A DNA stretch of 64,000 nucleotides from Cladosporium halotolerans. Lineage: Eukaryota. The position numbers and the translations under genes are program-made. The stretch's first letter is position 1. Each line of letters starts with the position of its first letter. Below are positions 51,114 through 61,454 of this stretch, in pieces. The notes under the pieces were generated by a model, which was not told the DNA's origin, ran no database searches, and worked only from the letters and a program-made list of their open reading frames with translations. The DNA is taken from assembly GCF_011745625.1 (NCBI RefSeq), contig NW_027191479.1:186001-250000 (forward strand). Reading direction: 5' to 3'.

Positions 51114-52139
51114 ATGAGCTCCGCCGTAGAAGCGGCCAAGAGAAAGACCGAGGCCGCAGTGACCACCGCCAAAGATGTCGCCGCCGACGCCCCGGCCGTC
51201 CTGCAAAAGGCCAAAGAGAACCCCAAGCAGGCCACGCAGGACTTCCTGCACTCGCCGCTCATGCGCACCGCCCTGCCCTTCCTCAACGGCGGCGCCGCCG
51301 GCATGGTCGCCACCACCGTCATCCAGCCAGTCGACATGATCAAGGTCCGCCTACAGCTCGCCGGCGAGGGCGTCAAGACCGGCCCCAAGCCCACCCCTCT
51401 CAGCGTCACCCGCGAGGTCATCGCCGCCGGCCGCGTCCTCGACCTCTACACCGGCCTGTCCGCCGGCCTCCTCCGCCAGGCCGTCTACACCACCGCCCGC
51501 ATGGGCTTCTTCGAGACCTTCATGAAGTCTCTCACCGCCCGCGCCGAGCGCAACGGCACGAAAGTCGGCTTCGCCGAGCGTGCGGGCGCCGGCCTGACCG
51601 CCGGCGGCCTCGCAGCCATGATCGGCAATCCGGCCGACCTCGCCCTCATCCGCATGCAGTCCGACGGCCTCAAGCCCGCCGCTCAGCGCGCGAACTACAA
51701 ATCCGTCGTCGACGCGCTGGCGCGCATCACGCGCAGCGAGGGCATTGGGGCCCTGTGGAACGGCGCGTACCCGACCGTCGTGCGCGCGATGGCGCTGAAC
51801 TTCGGGCAGCTGGCTTTCTTCTCCGAGGCCAAGAGCCAGCTGAAGGACACGAGCCTGAGCCCGCGCGCGCAGACGCTGACGGCCAGCGCGGCGGCGGGGT
51901 TCTTCGCGTCGTTCTTCAGCCTGCCGTTTGATTTTGTCAAGACGCGCTTGCAGAAGCAGCAGAAGGGTGCGGACGGTCGCTTGCCGTACAGGGGTATGGT
52001 GGATTGCTTCCAGAAGGTTATGAGGGAGGAGGGTCCGCTCAGGTTTTACCGTGGCTTCTTGACTTATTATACCAGGATTGCGCCGCACGCGATGGTCACG
52101 CTGATTGTTGCTGATTACCTTGGTTTCATCACAAAGTGA
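51114..52139 (+). CDS. Mitochondrial 2-oxoglutarate/malate carrier (SLC25)
   Basis: Three carrier signatures (PVDMIKVR, PADLALIRMQSD, PFDFVKTR), GLLRQAVYTTAR and RIAPH. Confidence 0.93.
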   Translation: MSSAVEAAKRKTEAAVTTAKDVAADAPAVLQKAKENPKQATQDFLHSPLMRTALPFLNGGAAGMVATTVIQPVDMIKVRLQLAGEGVKTGPKPTPLSVTREVIAAGRVLDLYTGLSAGLLRQAVYTTARMGFFETFMKSLTARAERNGTKVGFAERAGAGLTAGGLAAMIGNPADLALIRMQSDGLKPAAQRANYKSVVDALARITRSEGIGALWNGAYPTVVRAMALNFGQLAFFSEAKSQLKDTSLSPRAQTLTASAAAGFFASFFSLPFDFVKTRLQKQQKGADGRLPYRGMVDCFQKVMREEGPLRFYRGFLTYYTRIAPHAMVTLIVADYLGFITK

Positions 52140-53282
52140 TGATGGTGATGAGGTCGGCTGGAGAATATGAATGACGATTTGAGAGGTTAAGAGATTGGAT
52201 TTTCGCGCGAGAATGGATGGGTGCTTGGACATGCCGGAGTAATAAGAATCCTACCGGGACGAGGAGGATCATGAGCATGGATCGTGGCGTCGGCGTATAT
52301 TCTTTCATCTGCGATGGAGATTTCATCAATGGCCATAGTGCCAGTTGTCTCGTCGTGTCTCGTAGCGTTTGAATGAAGCTGGTCTCTCACTAAAGCAAGC
52401 CGGCCTTTCAAGTTCTGTCACTCGTGATTCTTGCGATGTTGTCTGGTGCATGGTTGGTTGAGGAGCAGTCTCTCGCGTCGTGTTGCTCGCACGCTGTTGT
52501 CTGACGAGGGAGGGGTGGACGTAAAAGTCTCGTCACTGAACGGAGTCTGGAATCCGAGCTCGACCTGAGGCATCCGACACTTGTCTTTCCAGCATTTAGC
52601 CGATGGACAACAGTACGCAGAGAAGATGCTCTTCATATTTGTATTAGCCAGACAGACGGGGAAGGATTCATTGTCCCTTGATAATGATCATAATTCTCCC
52701 TTTTTCACAAAACGAAACGCTGAAAGCATCCTCATGGTGATGCTGCGAACTGCCACTGACGGACGATACGAGACGTCTCAGGCATTTGGATACGCTGGAA
52801 TTCGGTCGACGACTGCGCATATTGCGAGTTCCCAATGGCAAATTGCGAAGAAGGCCGTGAGCTCAAAGTCGAAGAAGAACTATCATCTGCACAAGGGAAG
52901 TCTTCAGTGTCGTTCCAGAAAAGTGTCACAAATCAACATGGCTCTTCAAGCCTTTGCAGGGTCCAAATTGACTGATCGGCGAACCATGCGGAGTCGCGCG
53001 CCGCGTCTTCTGAGCCAGCACTTCCGGCTGTGACAGCTACAAACCGCTTGCCTCAGGCACCTGACCTGGCACGCCAGCACGGCCAGCATGCTAACTCAAT
53101 GCGTTTCGAGATAGAGTTATCATTATAAGTATATTACTTCCCGGAGAAGCGCCGGACTCACCCATGACAATGCTTACCAATATGGAGGCAAGCAACGCAA
53201 CAAGTGCAATGGCTCCTCTCGCTACTACTGTACTCGAAATGTCACAGTCTTTACTTCTACACAAGCATCGTTTGTCAAAATC

Positions 53283-54368
53283 ATGCCGGCCCCAGAAAAG
53301 CCGTTTCGCCCATACCTTGAGCGGTTCAGAGACACACAAGGTCCTGGAGACCAACGCCCTACCGCTGCTGAGGTCGTGAGAGACCAGCATGGCGAAGGCA
53401 AATTGCATGGCAAGGTAATCCTTATCACAGGCGGCACCGGTGGTCTTGGACTGGAATCTGCGAAAGCCTTGCAGTTGACTGGGGCAAAGATCTTCGTCAC
53501 TGCTCGCAGCGAGGAGAAGGGAAAGGCTGCTGTAGAGGCCCTCTCACAGAATGAGACAGCCGTGGCTCCCGAGTTCATTGTCATGGATCTGGCGAGCGCA
53601 AAGAGCATTCGGTCTGCCGTTGCACACTTCAGTGCACGAAGCCCGAGGCTTGACTTCTTGATCACCAACGCCGGTGAGTGGCATCATCGACCAAGAGATC
53701 CCAGATCAAAAGAGGCACTCACACTTCGTCTAGGTATCATGGCAACTCCCTACGGACTCACCGAGGACGGCCACGAACTGCAGCTCGGCAGCAACCATTT
53801 CGGCCACTTCCTACTATTTCGCCTGCTCGAACCCGTCTTGGCCGCTTCCGGCACAGCCACCACGCCCAGCAGAGTCATTGCCCTCTCCAGCGCCGGACAC
53901 CGCTTTGGTCAATTCCGCTTCGACGACATGAACTTCGAGAAAGGCCCCTACGACCCGCTCGCCGCCTACGCTCAGTCGAAGCTGGCCAACATCTGGATGG
54001 CCAACGCGATCGATCGCCACTACGCGCCGAAGATCCGCGGCTTGTCTGTCCATCCGGGAACTATTTTGGAGACGGGTATCACGCGCCATTTCGAAGCGGA
54101 CACGCTGAGCAGCGCGGGCGATCTCGAGCACTTCAACAAGACTGGTTGTAATGTCAGCCAGGGGGCTGCTACGACTGTCTGGGCGGTTTTTGAGCCGCGG
54201 TTCAATGAGTATGGTGGGGTCCATCTGGCGGAGGTTGGAGAGGCGCGTCCGGTCAAGGATGGAGAGCCTATTAATGTTCCGGCTTATGCGCCGTATGCTT
54301 ATGATCCAGAGGGGGAAGAGCGCCTTTGGGAGTTGAGCAATCGGGCTGTTGGATTGTCTGCGGATTGA
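53283..54368 (+). CDS. SDR, retinol dehydrogenase/WWOX-like subfamily
   Basis: TGGTGGLG, NAGIM after removing intron 53674..53733, NHFGHF, YAQSKLAN, VHPG and QGAAT. Confidence 0.9.
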   Translation: MPAPEKPFRPYLERFRDTQGPGDQRPTAAEVVRDQHGEGKLHGKVILITGGTGGLGLESAKALQLTGAKIFVTARSEEKGKAAVEALSQNETAVAPEFIVMDLASAKSIRSAVAHFSARSPRLDFLITNAGEWHHRPRDPRSKEALTLRLGIMATPYGLTEDGHELQLGSNHFGHFLLFRLLEPVLAASGTATTPSRVIALSSAGHRFGQFRFDDMNFEKGPYDPLAAYAQSKLANIWMANAIDRHYAPKIRGLSVHPGTILETGITRHFEADTLSSAGDLEHFNKTGCNVSQGAATTVWAVFEPRFNEYGGVHLAEVGEARPVKDGEPINVPAYAPYAYDPEGEERLWELSNRAVGLSAD

Positions 54369-54606
54369 TTAATGACCTGTGATACAGTCGGGTTAAAAGT
54401 CGTTGTACGAGGCCACAGAGGTGGTTGTCAATGATCTATGAGCATAGGCATCACTGTGCATTGGCCACCTGAGTCGATAGATTGAGCTGGTATACTCTAC
54501 AGCCTTTGAACCGTTTATGGCCTCAATGCCTGAGTGAAGACCCAAGACCCGGGTCCTCAGTATATTCGACCAAGCGAGCAACCGTCCCATGTCTCAGGTC
54601 CAGGGA

Positions 54607-55659
54607 TCAGATACGAATAGTCTGGGTGCAATCGCGCTGGCTCTTGACCGCAGCGGCAGTCTGGTTGCCAGCACCAGCACCGGAGGCAGAGGCAGAGCTA
54701 CCGCCGCCAATCGGCACAGAGAAGCCCTCGATGTTCTGGCTCACAGCATCGCTCCAGCCAGCCGACGTGCCAGCGCCGTTGGCAAAGTATGCGCCGGCCT
54801 CGGCGTCGCCCTGGTACAGCCACAGCATCCAGTTGGCGGCGGCTTCGGCGAAGAGCCCACCGTTCGGCTCGCCGTAGGTTCCGCCGTGGCCGACGCTGTT
54901 GAGGTTGCCCTTCCATGCGGGGAGAGTGGAGGAGAGTGCGGCGTAGTCGCGCTCGCCCTGGGATCCGATGTCAGTATACAGAGCTACACATTGGCCCGTG
55001 ACAGACGAAGTTGTTGATCGCATGATGCGATGTGGGTCAACTTACGTTTCCGTAGGCGATATCGTTCGGTCCACCAAGAGCGAAGATGATTGGCTTGGTG
55101 ATCTGCCCGGCGAACTCGTAGTTGCCAAGGAGGCCCGAATTGAAGATGCCGATCGACGAGACGGCATCGTTGTCCTGCATCTGGTACGCTTCAGTGCCAC
55201 CACAGCTGTATCCCGCAGCCATGATACGAGAGCTATCGACATTCAAGCCGTTTGCTCCGTTGACGACCCATTCGACGGCTTCGGTCATCCAGTCTGCGGT
55301 CGTGGATCCGCCGTTGCCACCAGGGTTGCCGGACGCGATGGCGACGAAACCGTACGAGGCGACCTGGGCGAGGAAGTTCTGCGCCGATGTACCATCGTCG
55401 CTGCAGGCTCCGTTGCCCCAGACGAGCACTGGCATGGGGGTGTCGGGGCCCGATTCTGGGGCGTAGATCGTGTGTCTCGTCAGGGTATCATCGGTGGTGT
55501 AGGATACCGGGCCATATGGGCTACAGGAGTGTGAATGGTTAGCAATCGAACCCTAATGCCGGATGAAAAAGAACGCTCGTACCCATCGCCTTGGTTTTGG
55601 CGCTTGACGACTGCGGCCGATGCCGCGGTAGCAGCGAAGAGAGCGAAGGCAGCCTTCAT
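54607..55659 (-). CDS. Secreted alpha/beta-hydrolase (esterase) with GYSCG nucleophile motif
   Basis: Signal peptide plus KR; introns 55582..55521 and 55045..54958. PVLVWGNGAC, AAGYSCGG, LGGPNDIAY and GHGGT give a Ser-Asp-His triad order. Confidence 0.8.
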
Positions 55660-56360
55660 CGTGCCAGCACAAGAAGGATGAGTAAGGATTTAGTGAGATA
55701 AGGTCAATGAAAGAATGTCGAACTTAGGGCTTAGGGCTCGATTGTTTGAGCGGCGTCGTCTTGTATAAGTAGACGTTCTTCGGACCTCACTATGAACGAG
55801 ATCGCCATACTATGATCGAGCCCTCCAAGCGAGGGTTGCCGATATATTACAGAGCATCAAACCGTGACATGCATCGTGGAGGCAGCGACTTGGCGATTTC
55901 TGGGCGATGTATCGAAGATGAACTCTCTTCTTCGGTTCCAGCACTACCAACTCGATGGAGACGGTCACCCGTTGGCACGTTTTCTTGGCACGTGGTGATG
56001 CGACGTTTTCAGAGCAGCGGGCGTTTCGAGTTGAGCGATTGCCGGAGAGCCGACGCTGGCCTGGCTAGACGCGTGCGCTTGCGATTCATCGAAAACGATT
56101 AAGCGTCAACCTAGCAGCCACCCTGAGTCATGCTAACAACCTCTTTCTCCGCATAGCTTGAGTTATACGTGGACTCCGAACGATCAGCGAACAATTAGTC
56201 GTCTCAACAATCGGAACCAATGTAACGTTAGCACGAAGCTTATTGAGGGGGTCGGAAACGCTACTAGTCACGGCTTTCGCTTGAGAGCCGTCGAGGATGC
56301 TACTACTGCTGCTACTGCTTCTACCTAAACTACGATACTGATAGACCCTTGATCCTAAAC

Positions 56361-57490
56361 CTACGGAATCTCATGCAAAATTCGATCTCCTTCCTTCGGC
56401 GGCTCGAGGAAATCCTGAGGAACGCTATCTGGCATTTGACGTTCTTCTGCCCATCTCCTAACATCATCAAAGTTCCGGCAGATATGCTTGGTGTTGAAGT
56501 CCACGAAAGCATGAGGCATCTCATTCGGGTTTGATTGAATCCAAACTTGTCCGAGCACGCCGATGTCGATAGTACACATCAGTTGTTGGCGTAGGATATC
56601 AAGACAGTGAGCTGCATAATGTGAGATTGAGTTGAGCTTCCTGCATGTGCAAGCTGGGACTTACAGACGTGCTTCCGGACAATGTGTTCTTCATTCGAAA
56701 AAGCACCTTTCCCTTGAGTGTTATAATAGTTGAAGTTATAGTAGAGTGACTGTCGCAGAAGATTCTATCGCACGTTAGTCGTGGACAATTGAAACACCTG
56801 AAGTACAGCCTTACAAGACAGTGCAATTGATGTCTTTGAATATTCATAGACTGCATCAGCTCTTGTCTACCGCTTGGTATCTGATTTGACTTACTGCGAA
56901 CAGTATCAGTCTTCGTCCGTGAAGGAGGCATACAAGGTTGACTTACCAAGCCTTCCACATTCGCTGGGTAACCTCCTCCATACTTCTTGTTAACCTTGAC
57001 TTGATCTCGGCGTAGGCCTGCCTGGTCTGCAAGTGTCTCTGGCACCGCAATACTACGATCTATGTTCTCCGTCAGCATTGCATTGTTGTGAGTATACTAG
57101 GGCGGTCGTACAGTTGACACCCAAACCCTCCCACGCCGCATCAACTTCGGGGCTCGCAGCCTGTCGGTAGATATTCTCTTTCAAGAGTGACCCGTTGAAT
57201 CTTTCCTCTTGGAACGTGATCTTGACATCCTCGGTGATAGGTGATGTCCGGGTCACCACGCAAGTGCAAGAGGCAAAGCGATACCACAACATGAATCCAG
57301 CAAGTAGCTCAAGAATAAGTAGAACGATGACTATCACGAGAATGGTGTTCTGGAGCGGTACGAAGCCAATGCGACTTGATCGTTTTTGGCAACGCCCTTC
57401 CGACGAGCCGACCAATTCTTCGCACTCATGATCGTCGCCCAGTGAGGCTACTTTCCCATAGCGTTCGCCCCAATGAAATAGTGATGCCAT
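56361..57490 (-). CDS. DUF3328 / UstYa-family oxidase (fungal RiPP macrocyclase type)
   Basis: Exons 57490..57112, 57059..56948, 56833..56815, 56764..56665 and 56611..56361. N-terminal TM, VDAAWE, EGLHQLHCLNLLR and HVSHCLDILRQQLMC (two HxxHC motifs), HICRNFD. Confidence 0.93.
56834..56947 (-). other. Candidate [D1,2] stwintron (intron nested within a splice donor)
   Basis: Minus strand reads TT-G|GTAAGT...CTGAT...CAG|TAAGTC...CTGAT...AAG|ACATCAA. Removing 56946..56894 rebuilds a GTAAGT donor, and the second excision yields EGL-HQLHC. Confidence 0.75.
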
Positions 57491-58792
57491 GTTGCCCAAG
57501 GTCACCAAACGGATGAACAAGAAGAGCCTCGGACGTCAAGATCTTAATAATTCGACAGGTCTGTAATATGGCAGGCGGATAAGCCGTCAATCCTAGACAC
57601 ATCGCGGTCGTGCGTGACTTGCCTCGAGACGTAAACAACTCACGTGGGGCCAGGCTTGCGCCGACTTCAAGAGTATTGGAACCGCTCACCACACTGTTAT
57701 GCATATCGTTTTACCACCTTACCAGTCATGAATCTGGAACATCACACTGCGGTTGGTGTTGTTAAAGGGTGAAGGCGCTGATCTCACGACCGTTCGGTAG
57801 CATGAATTGGTCTCGCCACCATGGCAAAGCGCGGGACGCCACAATAGCTAGAGCTCTTCAACTGCGCAGCACGCACTACCTGGGTATCGATAGCGGGGTG
57901 ATTACAACGCGACTCGGACGTCATGTCATACTCAGCATCTGTGTGAGCGTGCACAAATTTCTAATCAACAGCACTACAGTAGTAACTCGTCCCTACGAAA
58001 GCTTGACCAGCTTGGCAGGCTCAATCAAGATTTCTTATGCGAATGCCAATGGAAGCGCTAGGCTAGGTGAGTTCACGTTGTTGTTGCTACGACCTTCTTG
58101 AACCTTCCAGACGCCATGACTGGTGATCACGTATCTGCATCAGGGCAGATCTCGCCATCAATGACACAGAATATCTCAAAGTGTTCCGGTGTAGACACAT
58201 CTTCGGATAGCGAGAGGTCTGCCACTCGGCCCACTGTCTCTATGTTTCCGTGGCTGGAAGAGTCGACACGGGAAGACAAGAAAACCTCCGGCACGATACT
58301 TTCAATAGTGCTTACGGTTTTGTGAAAAGAGAGACTCCTAGATCGGGTTCGGAGCTTTCAGATCTCCAGGATGAAGCAGTGTTGACCAGCTTTCCCCACT
58401 GAAGACGCGTTAGCGTCGCTCGTCGAACCGAGAGCCATGTCCAAAGGTGGACACGATGGTCCCTCAGCTTTCGGGAGAAACCTAGAAAGTGTCATTTCTA
58501 TTGAACGGCGGCCTGCACCAGTTGTGGTGACGATCTCGTCACCCTGAGTGCAGCTCTGCTGATGGTCACGTAATGTCTCGGAAGTAGGAAGCTTGAGCAG
58601 CGACTTCAGCGGGCGTGAGGAGACCAAGCCTTGCAAAGGCATATAAGACTTAGAAGGCGCGGAGGGCGAAGCTATATTGCTTCCAAGTCAGTTCTCACTC
58701 TCAGGTTCTTGTTGACCAGTGCCCCGAATTGACGTTCCTACTTCCAGCATCTACATAGCCTTACCGCACCTACGGGTCACACATTCGCCGTC

Positions 58793-59140
58793 ATGAAGCT
58801 CACAACCTTTACGCTTATCTTCGGAGCGTCTCTATCAACAATTGGTAACGCAGCACCGGTGGACAGGAAGCCTGAAGCTGCTGAGGTCTCTGTAAGAGAC
58901 CCAGCCGAGTACTCCGACTATGGCTCGTACCCGCCACTAGCAGGAGGCTACGGCGAATACTCCAATTATGGGACATACCCACGCGACGCCGATCCTGAGC
59001 CCCAGCCTGAAGCACTCGAAGCCCGAGCAGGATACGGGAAGTACAACCCCTACAGCAAGTACGGCAAATACGGCAAATACGGCAATTATGGCAGCTACAA
59101 GCGCGAGACTGAGGCAGAGGCCGGACCCGAAGCTGCGTAA
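58793..59140 (+). CDS. Secreted Tyr-rich Kex2-processed repeat protein; putative RiPP (dikaritin-type) precursor
   Basis: 115 aa intronless ORF: signal peptide, basic cleavage sites (VR, PR, AR, KR), X-P/X-A acidic spacers and 15 Tyr in YxxYxxY register. TATAA at about 58642. Divergent from the DUF3328 gene. Confidence 0.85.
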   Translation: MKLTTFTLIFGASLSTIGNAAPVDRKPEAAEVSVRDPAEYSDYGSYPPLAGGYGEYSNYGTYPRDADPEPQPEALEARAGYGKYNPYSKYGKYGKYGNYGSYKRETEAEAGPEAA

Positions 59141-59499
59141 TGATACTATTCGAAAGCTTGGATGCGATGAACAGGTGGCGTTGAATGACCAAAATCAATA
59201 TTCATGGTGGTGCTTTCCATTCATACACGTTCAATTGTGCCGTTCTTTTTGATTTGAGATGGATATGAGTCGAAAGTACTGTCCTCAGCTTTCCCACTCA
59301 TCAGCTTGAAAATCTGTCTTGTAAATGTATCAGCTTGACTGCTTAGCAAAAATACCTGGTATTCTTTCAATATCGTCGCTCGTCGATGTCCCAGAATATG
59401 CTCGGAAGCCAACGCTAGTGTCGTAGGAGTACTCCTTCCGACAGAAATTGGTCGTTGGAGGGGTGTCTCGGCCCGACGGTTCTCTGCTAGCGACGAGTT

Positions 59500-59687
59500 T
59501 CGCTAAACTTCAACAGCTGCTCGACGTCTGCATGAACTTTAACGTGAAGAAGTGCGGTTACATAGCACCGTCGAAAAGCGGTGGCGCCGCCTACCTGAAC
59601 GGTGAGGAGATGCCGCGAGTGGAGGATTACACCTATCTTGACTCTGACATGACGGGCGCCGGGATTGCTTTCACCAACGCAGATTAG
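59500..59687 (+). mobile_element. Relic of non-LTR (LINE) retrotransposon reverse transcriptase C-terminal region
   Basis: LQQLLDVC..FNVKKCG...YLNGEEMPRVEDYTYLD resembles the LQxLL...FNxxKC...YKYLG segment after the RT YADD motif. It is short and degenerate. Confidence 0.55.
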
Positions 59688-60071
59688 GGAGGGATCTGAA
59701 GATGCCTTTCAAAGATTAATAGGCTAGATCTCGGGCTACGAATCGAATCCTCACCATAGTTAGAGAACAGCGACCTAAGATTGACCATGTGATCACCGTG
59801 CAGAAACAGATTGACTCGGTCGCTTGACGAGTCGTGGGGAGAGTATGTACGGGGTTGATTGAATCAGTTGACGCAATGATTCGGGATATGCAGGTGTCAG
59901 GTCTTGCTCTGTCGTCTCGATGGGTGAAGCGTCATTTGCAGGGTCCAATTCGAATGATCCGCAAGCGACGCGCTGTCGACTGCGCGCGTCGCGTCTTCCC
60001 ATCGCCGACTTTCAACACTACTTTCGCTCCCGTCCTCAACAACACAACGTCGAGAGACAGGGACCTCAAAT

Positions 60072-61454
60072 ATGTCAACAAGGACCCGCCGCTCCGTCGC
60101 ACCAACCGCGACAGCGCCCTCGCCATCCCAAGGCCGACCCTCGTCCACAGCAACCCGCTTCGAATACGAACGACCACAATTCACTCTCAACCCGGACGCT
60201 CAACGCGCCCTCGCCGACCTCGTCCGCAAACACAACCTGAACAAGCTCGACAAAAGCCTGCAAGACGCTCAAGATGCCGTCACGGTCTCTGCGGGCGAGA
60301 TCAACGATCGCCTGAAAGACAAGGAGAACGCGAGCGTGAAGCTGCGCGCGCGGCTGCAGCACCAGCAGCAACAGGAAGGTGGCGGAGGTGATGATGCCGA
60401 TGTGGAGGCTTTCGAGGCCGATCTGGCGCAGATGAAGGTTAAGGTAGAGGCCATGACGAAGCGCATGGAGGAGGGTATGAGGAAGATGATCGATGGGCAG
60501 CATGCAATTATGGCTATGAAGGAGAAAGTTGCGGGCGCGGCGGAGAGCGCGAGGGAGGGCGCGAGTACGCAGGCGAGTACGCTCAATACGCGTAGTCAGG
60601 GCAGGAGGAGGCGGGAGGGAGATGGGGAGGAGAGAGATGAAGGGACCGAGGAATACCAGGACTTCACTCCTACGGATCCAGCGGGAGGCACGCAAGCTGT
60701 GCCGAGTATCAGCGAGACTTGGATGCAGCAGGTCGATGATGCGAAGACGAAGTATCAGAACTTCACGATGCAGCAGCGATACGCGCAGAACAACAATTAT
60801 CGCAATTTCAAGGGCATCGTGCACGGTGCGCGCTATCCAGATGGCGAAGTGGAGCTGCCGCATGAGAGCGCTTGGTTCGATGAGGCTCGCGCCGTACCTG
60901 AGCCTGGCGTCACGGGTGCTGGAGCGGATGATGATGAGGAGGACGATGACATCCAGATTCAGCGCGCGAAGACCAGCACCAAGTGTCCACTCACACTACA
61001 GGAGTTCAAGCAACCGTTGACTAGCACGAAGTGCAGGCACAGCTTCGAGGCCAGCGCGATCCTGGAGATGATCAAGAACTCGCACGAGACGGTGGGAGGA
61101 CATCCGGGCCCTCGCGGGAGGATGACTGGCGGAGAGAAGGCTGTGCGGTGCCCTGTCGGCAGTTGTGATAACATGCTTACGAAGAACGATTTGCACAAAG
61201 ACAAAGTCATCATACATCACATCATGCGCCTGCAACGAGCAAAGAGGCTGGAGGAGGAGGAAGCAGAGGACGATGATGAGGGCGAGGAGAACAATGGCAG
61301 GCCTCAATTGATCGATAGCGATGCTCCGGATCCTGATGATTACCGTCGGCCGGTGAAGAGAGAGCCGAGGGCATCAGGCATGTCAAGAGCGCCTGCAAGC
61401 TCGCCACCTAATGGCTTGGATGAGGATGGCGATGCGACAATGGAGCAGTGGTAG
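60072..61454 (+). CDS. NSE2: SUMO E3 ligase Nse2/Mms21 (Smc5/6 complex), SP-RING finger
   Basis: Coiled-coil N-terminus, then DDDIQIQR..KCPLT...STKCRHSFEASAI...CPVGSC. Confidence 0.88.
   Translation: MSTRTRRSVAPTATAPSPSQGRPSSTATRFEYERPQFTLNPDAQRALADLVRKHNLNKLDKSLQDAQDAVTVSAGEINDRLKDKENASVKLRARLQHQQQQEGGGGDDADVEAFEADLAQMKVKVEAMTKRMEEGMRKMIDGQHAIMAMKEKVAGAAESAREGASTQASTLNTRSQGRRRREGDGEERDEGTEEYQDFTPTDPAGGTQAVPSISETWMQQVDDAKTKYQNFTMQQRYAQNNNYRNFKGIVHGARYPDGEVELPHESAWFDEARAVPEPGVTGAGADDDEEDDDIQIQRAKTSTKCPLTLQEFKQPLTSTKCRHSFEASAILEMIKNSHETVGGHPGPRGRMTGGEKAVRCPVGSCDNMLTKNDLHKDKVIIHHIMRLQRAKRLEEEEAEDDDEGEENNGRPQLIDSDAPDPDDYRRPVKREPRASGMSRAPASSPPNGLDEDGDATMEQW

Noticed and set aside
53283..54368. 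SDR as a tailoring enzyme of the RiPP locus
   Set aside because: Common subfamily, separated from the pair by the esterase, with no sequence evidence of linkage; it cannot be supported without co-expression data.
56834..56947. Alternative [A2,3] splicing route for the twin intron
   Set aside because: Removing the downstream intron first (using the G of CAG as donor) leaves CA+A, which does not rebuild an AG acceptor.
59033..59098. Short direct repeats as a CRISPR-like array
   Set aside because: A 9-nt coding repeat without spacers in a eukaryotic gene; explained by the YGK peptide repeat.
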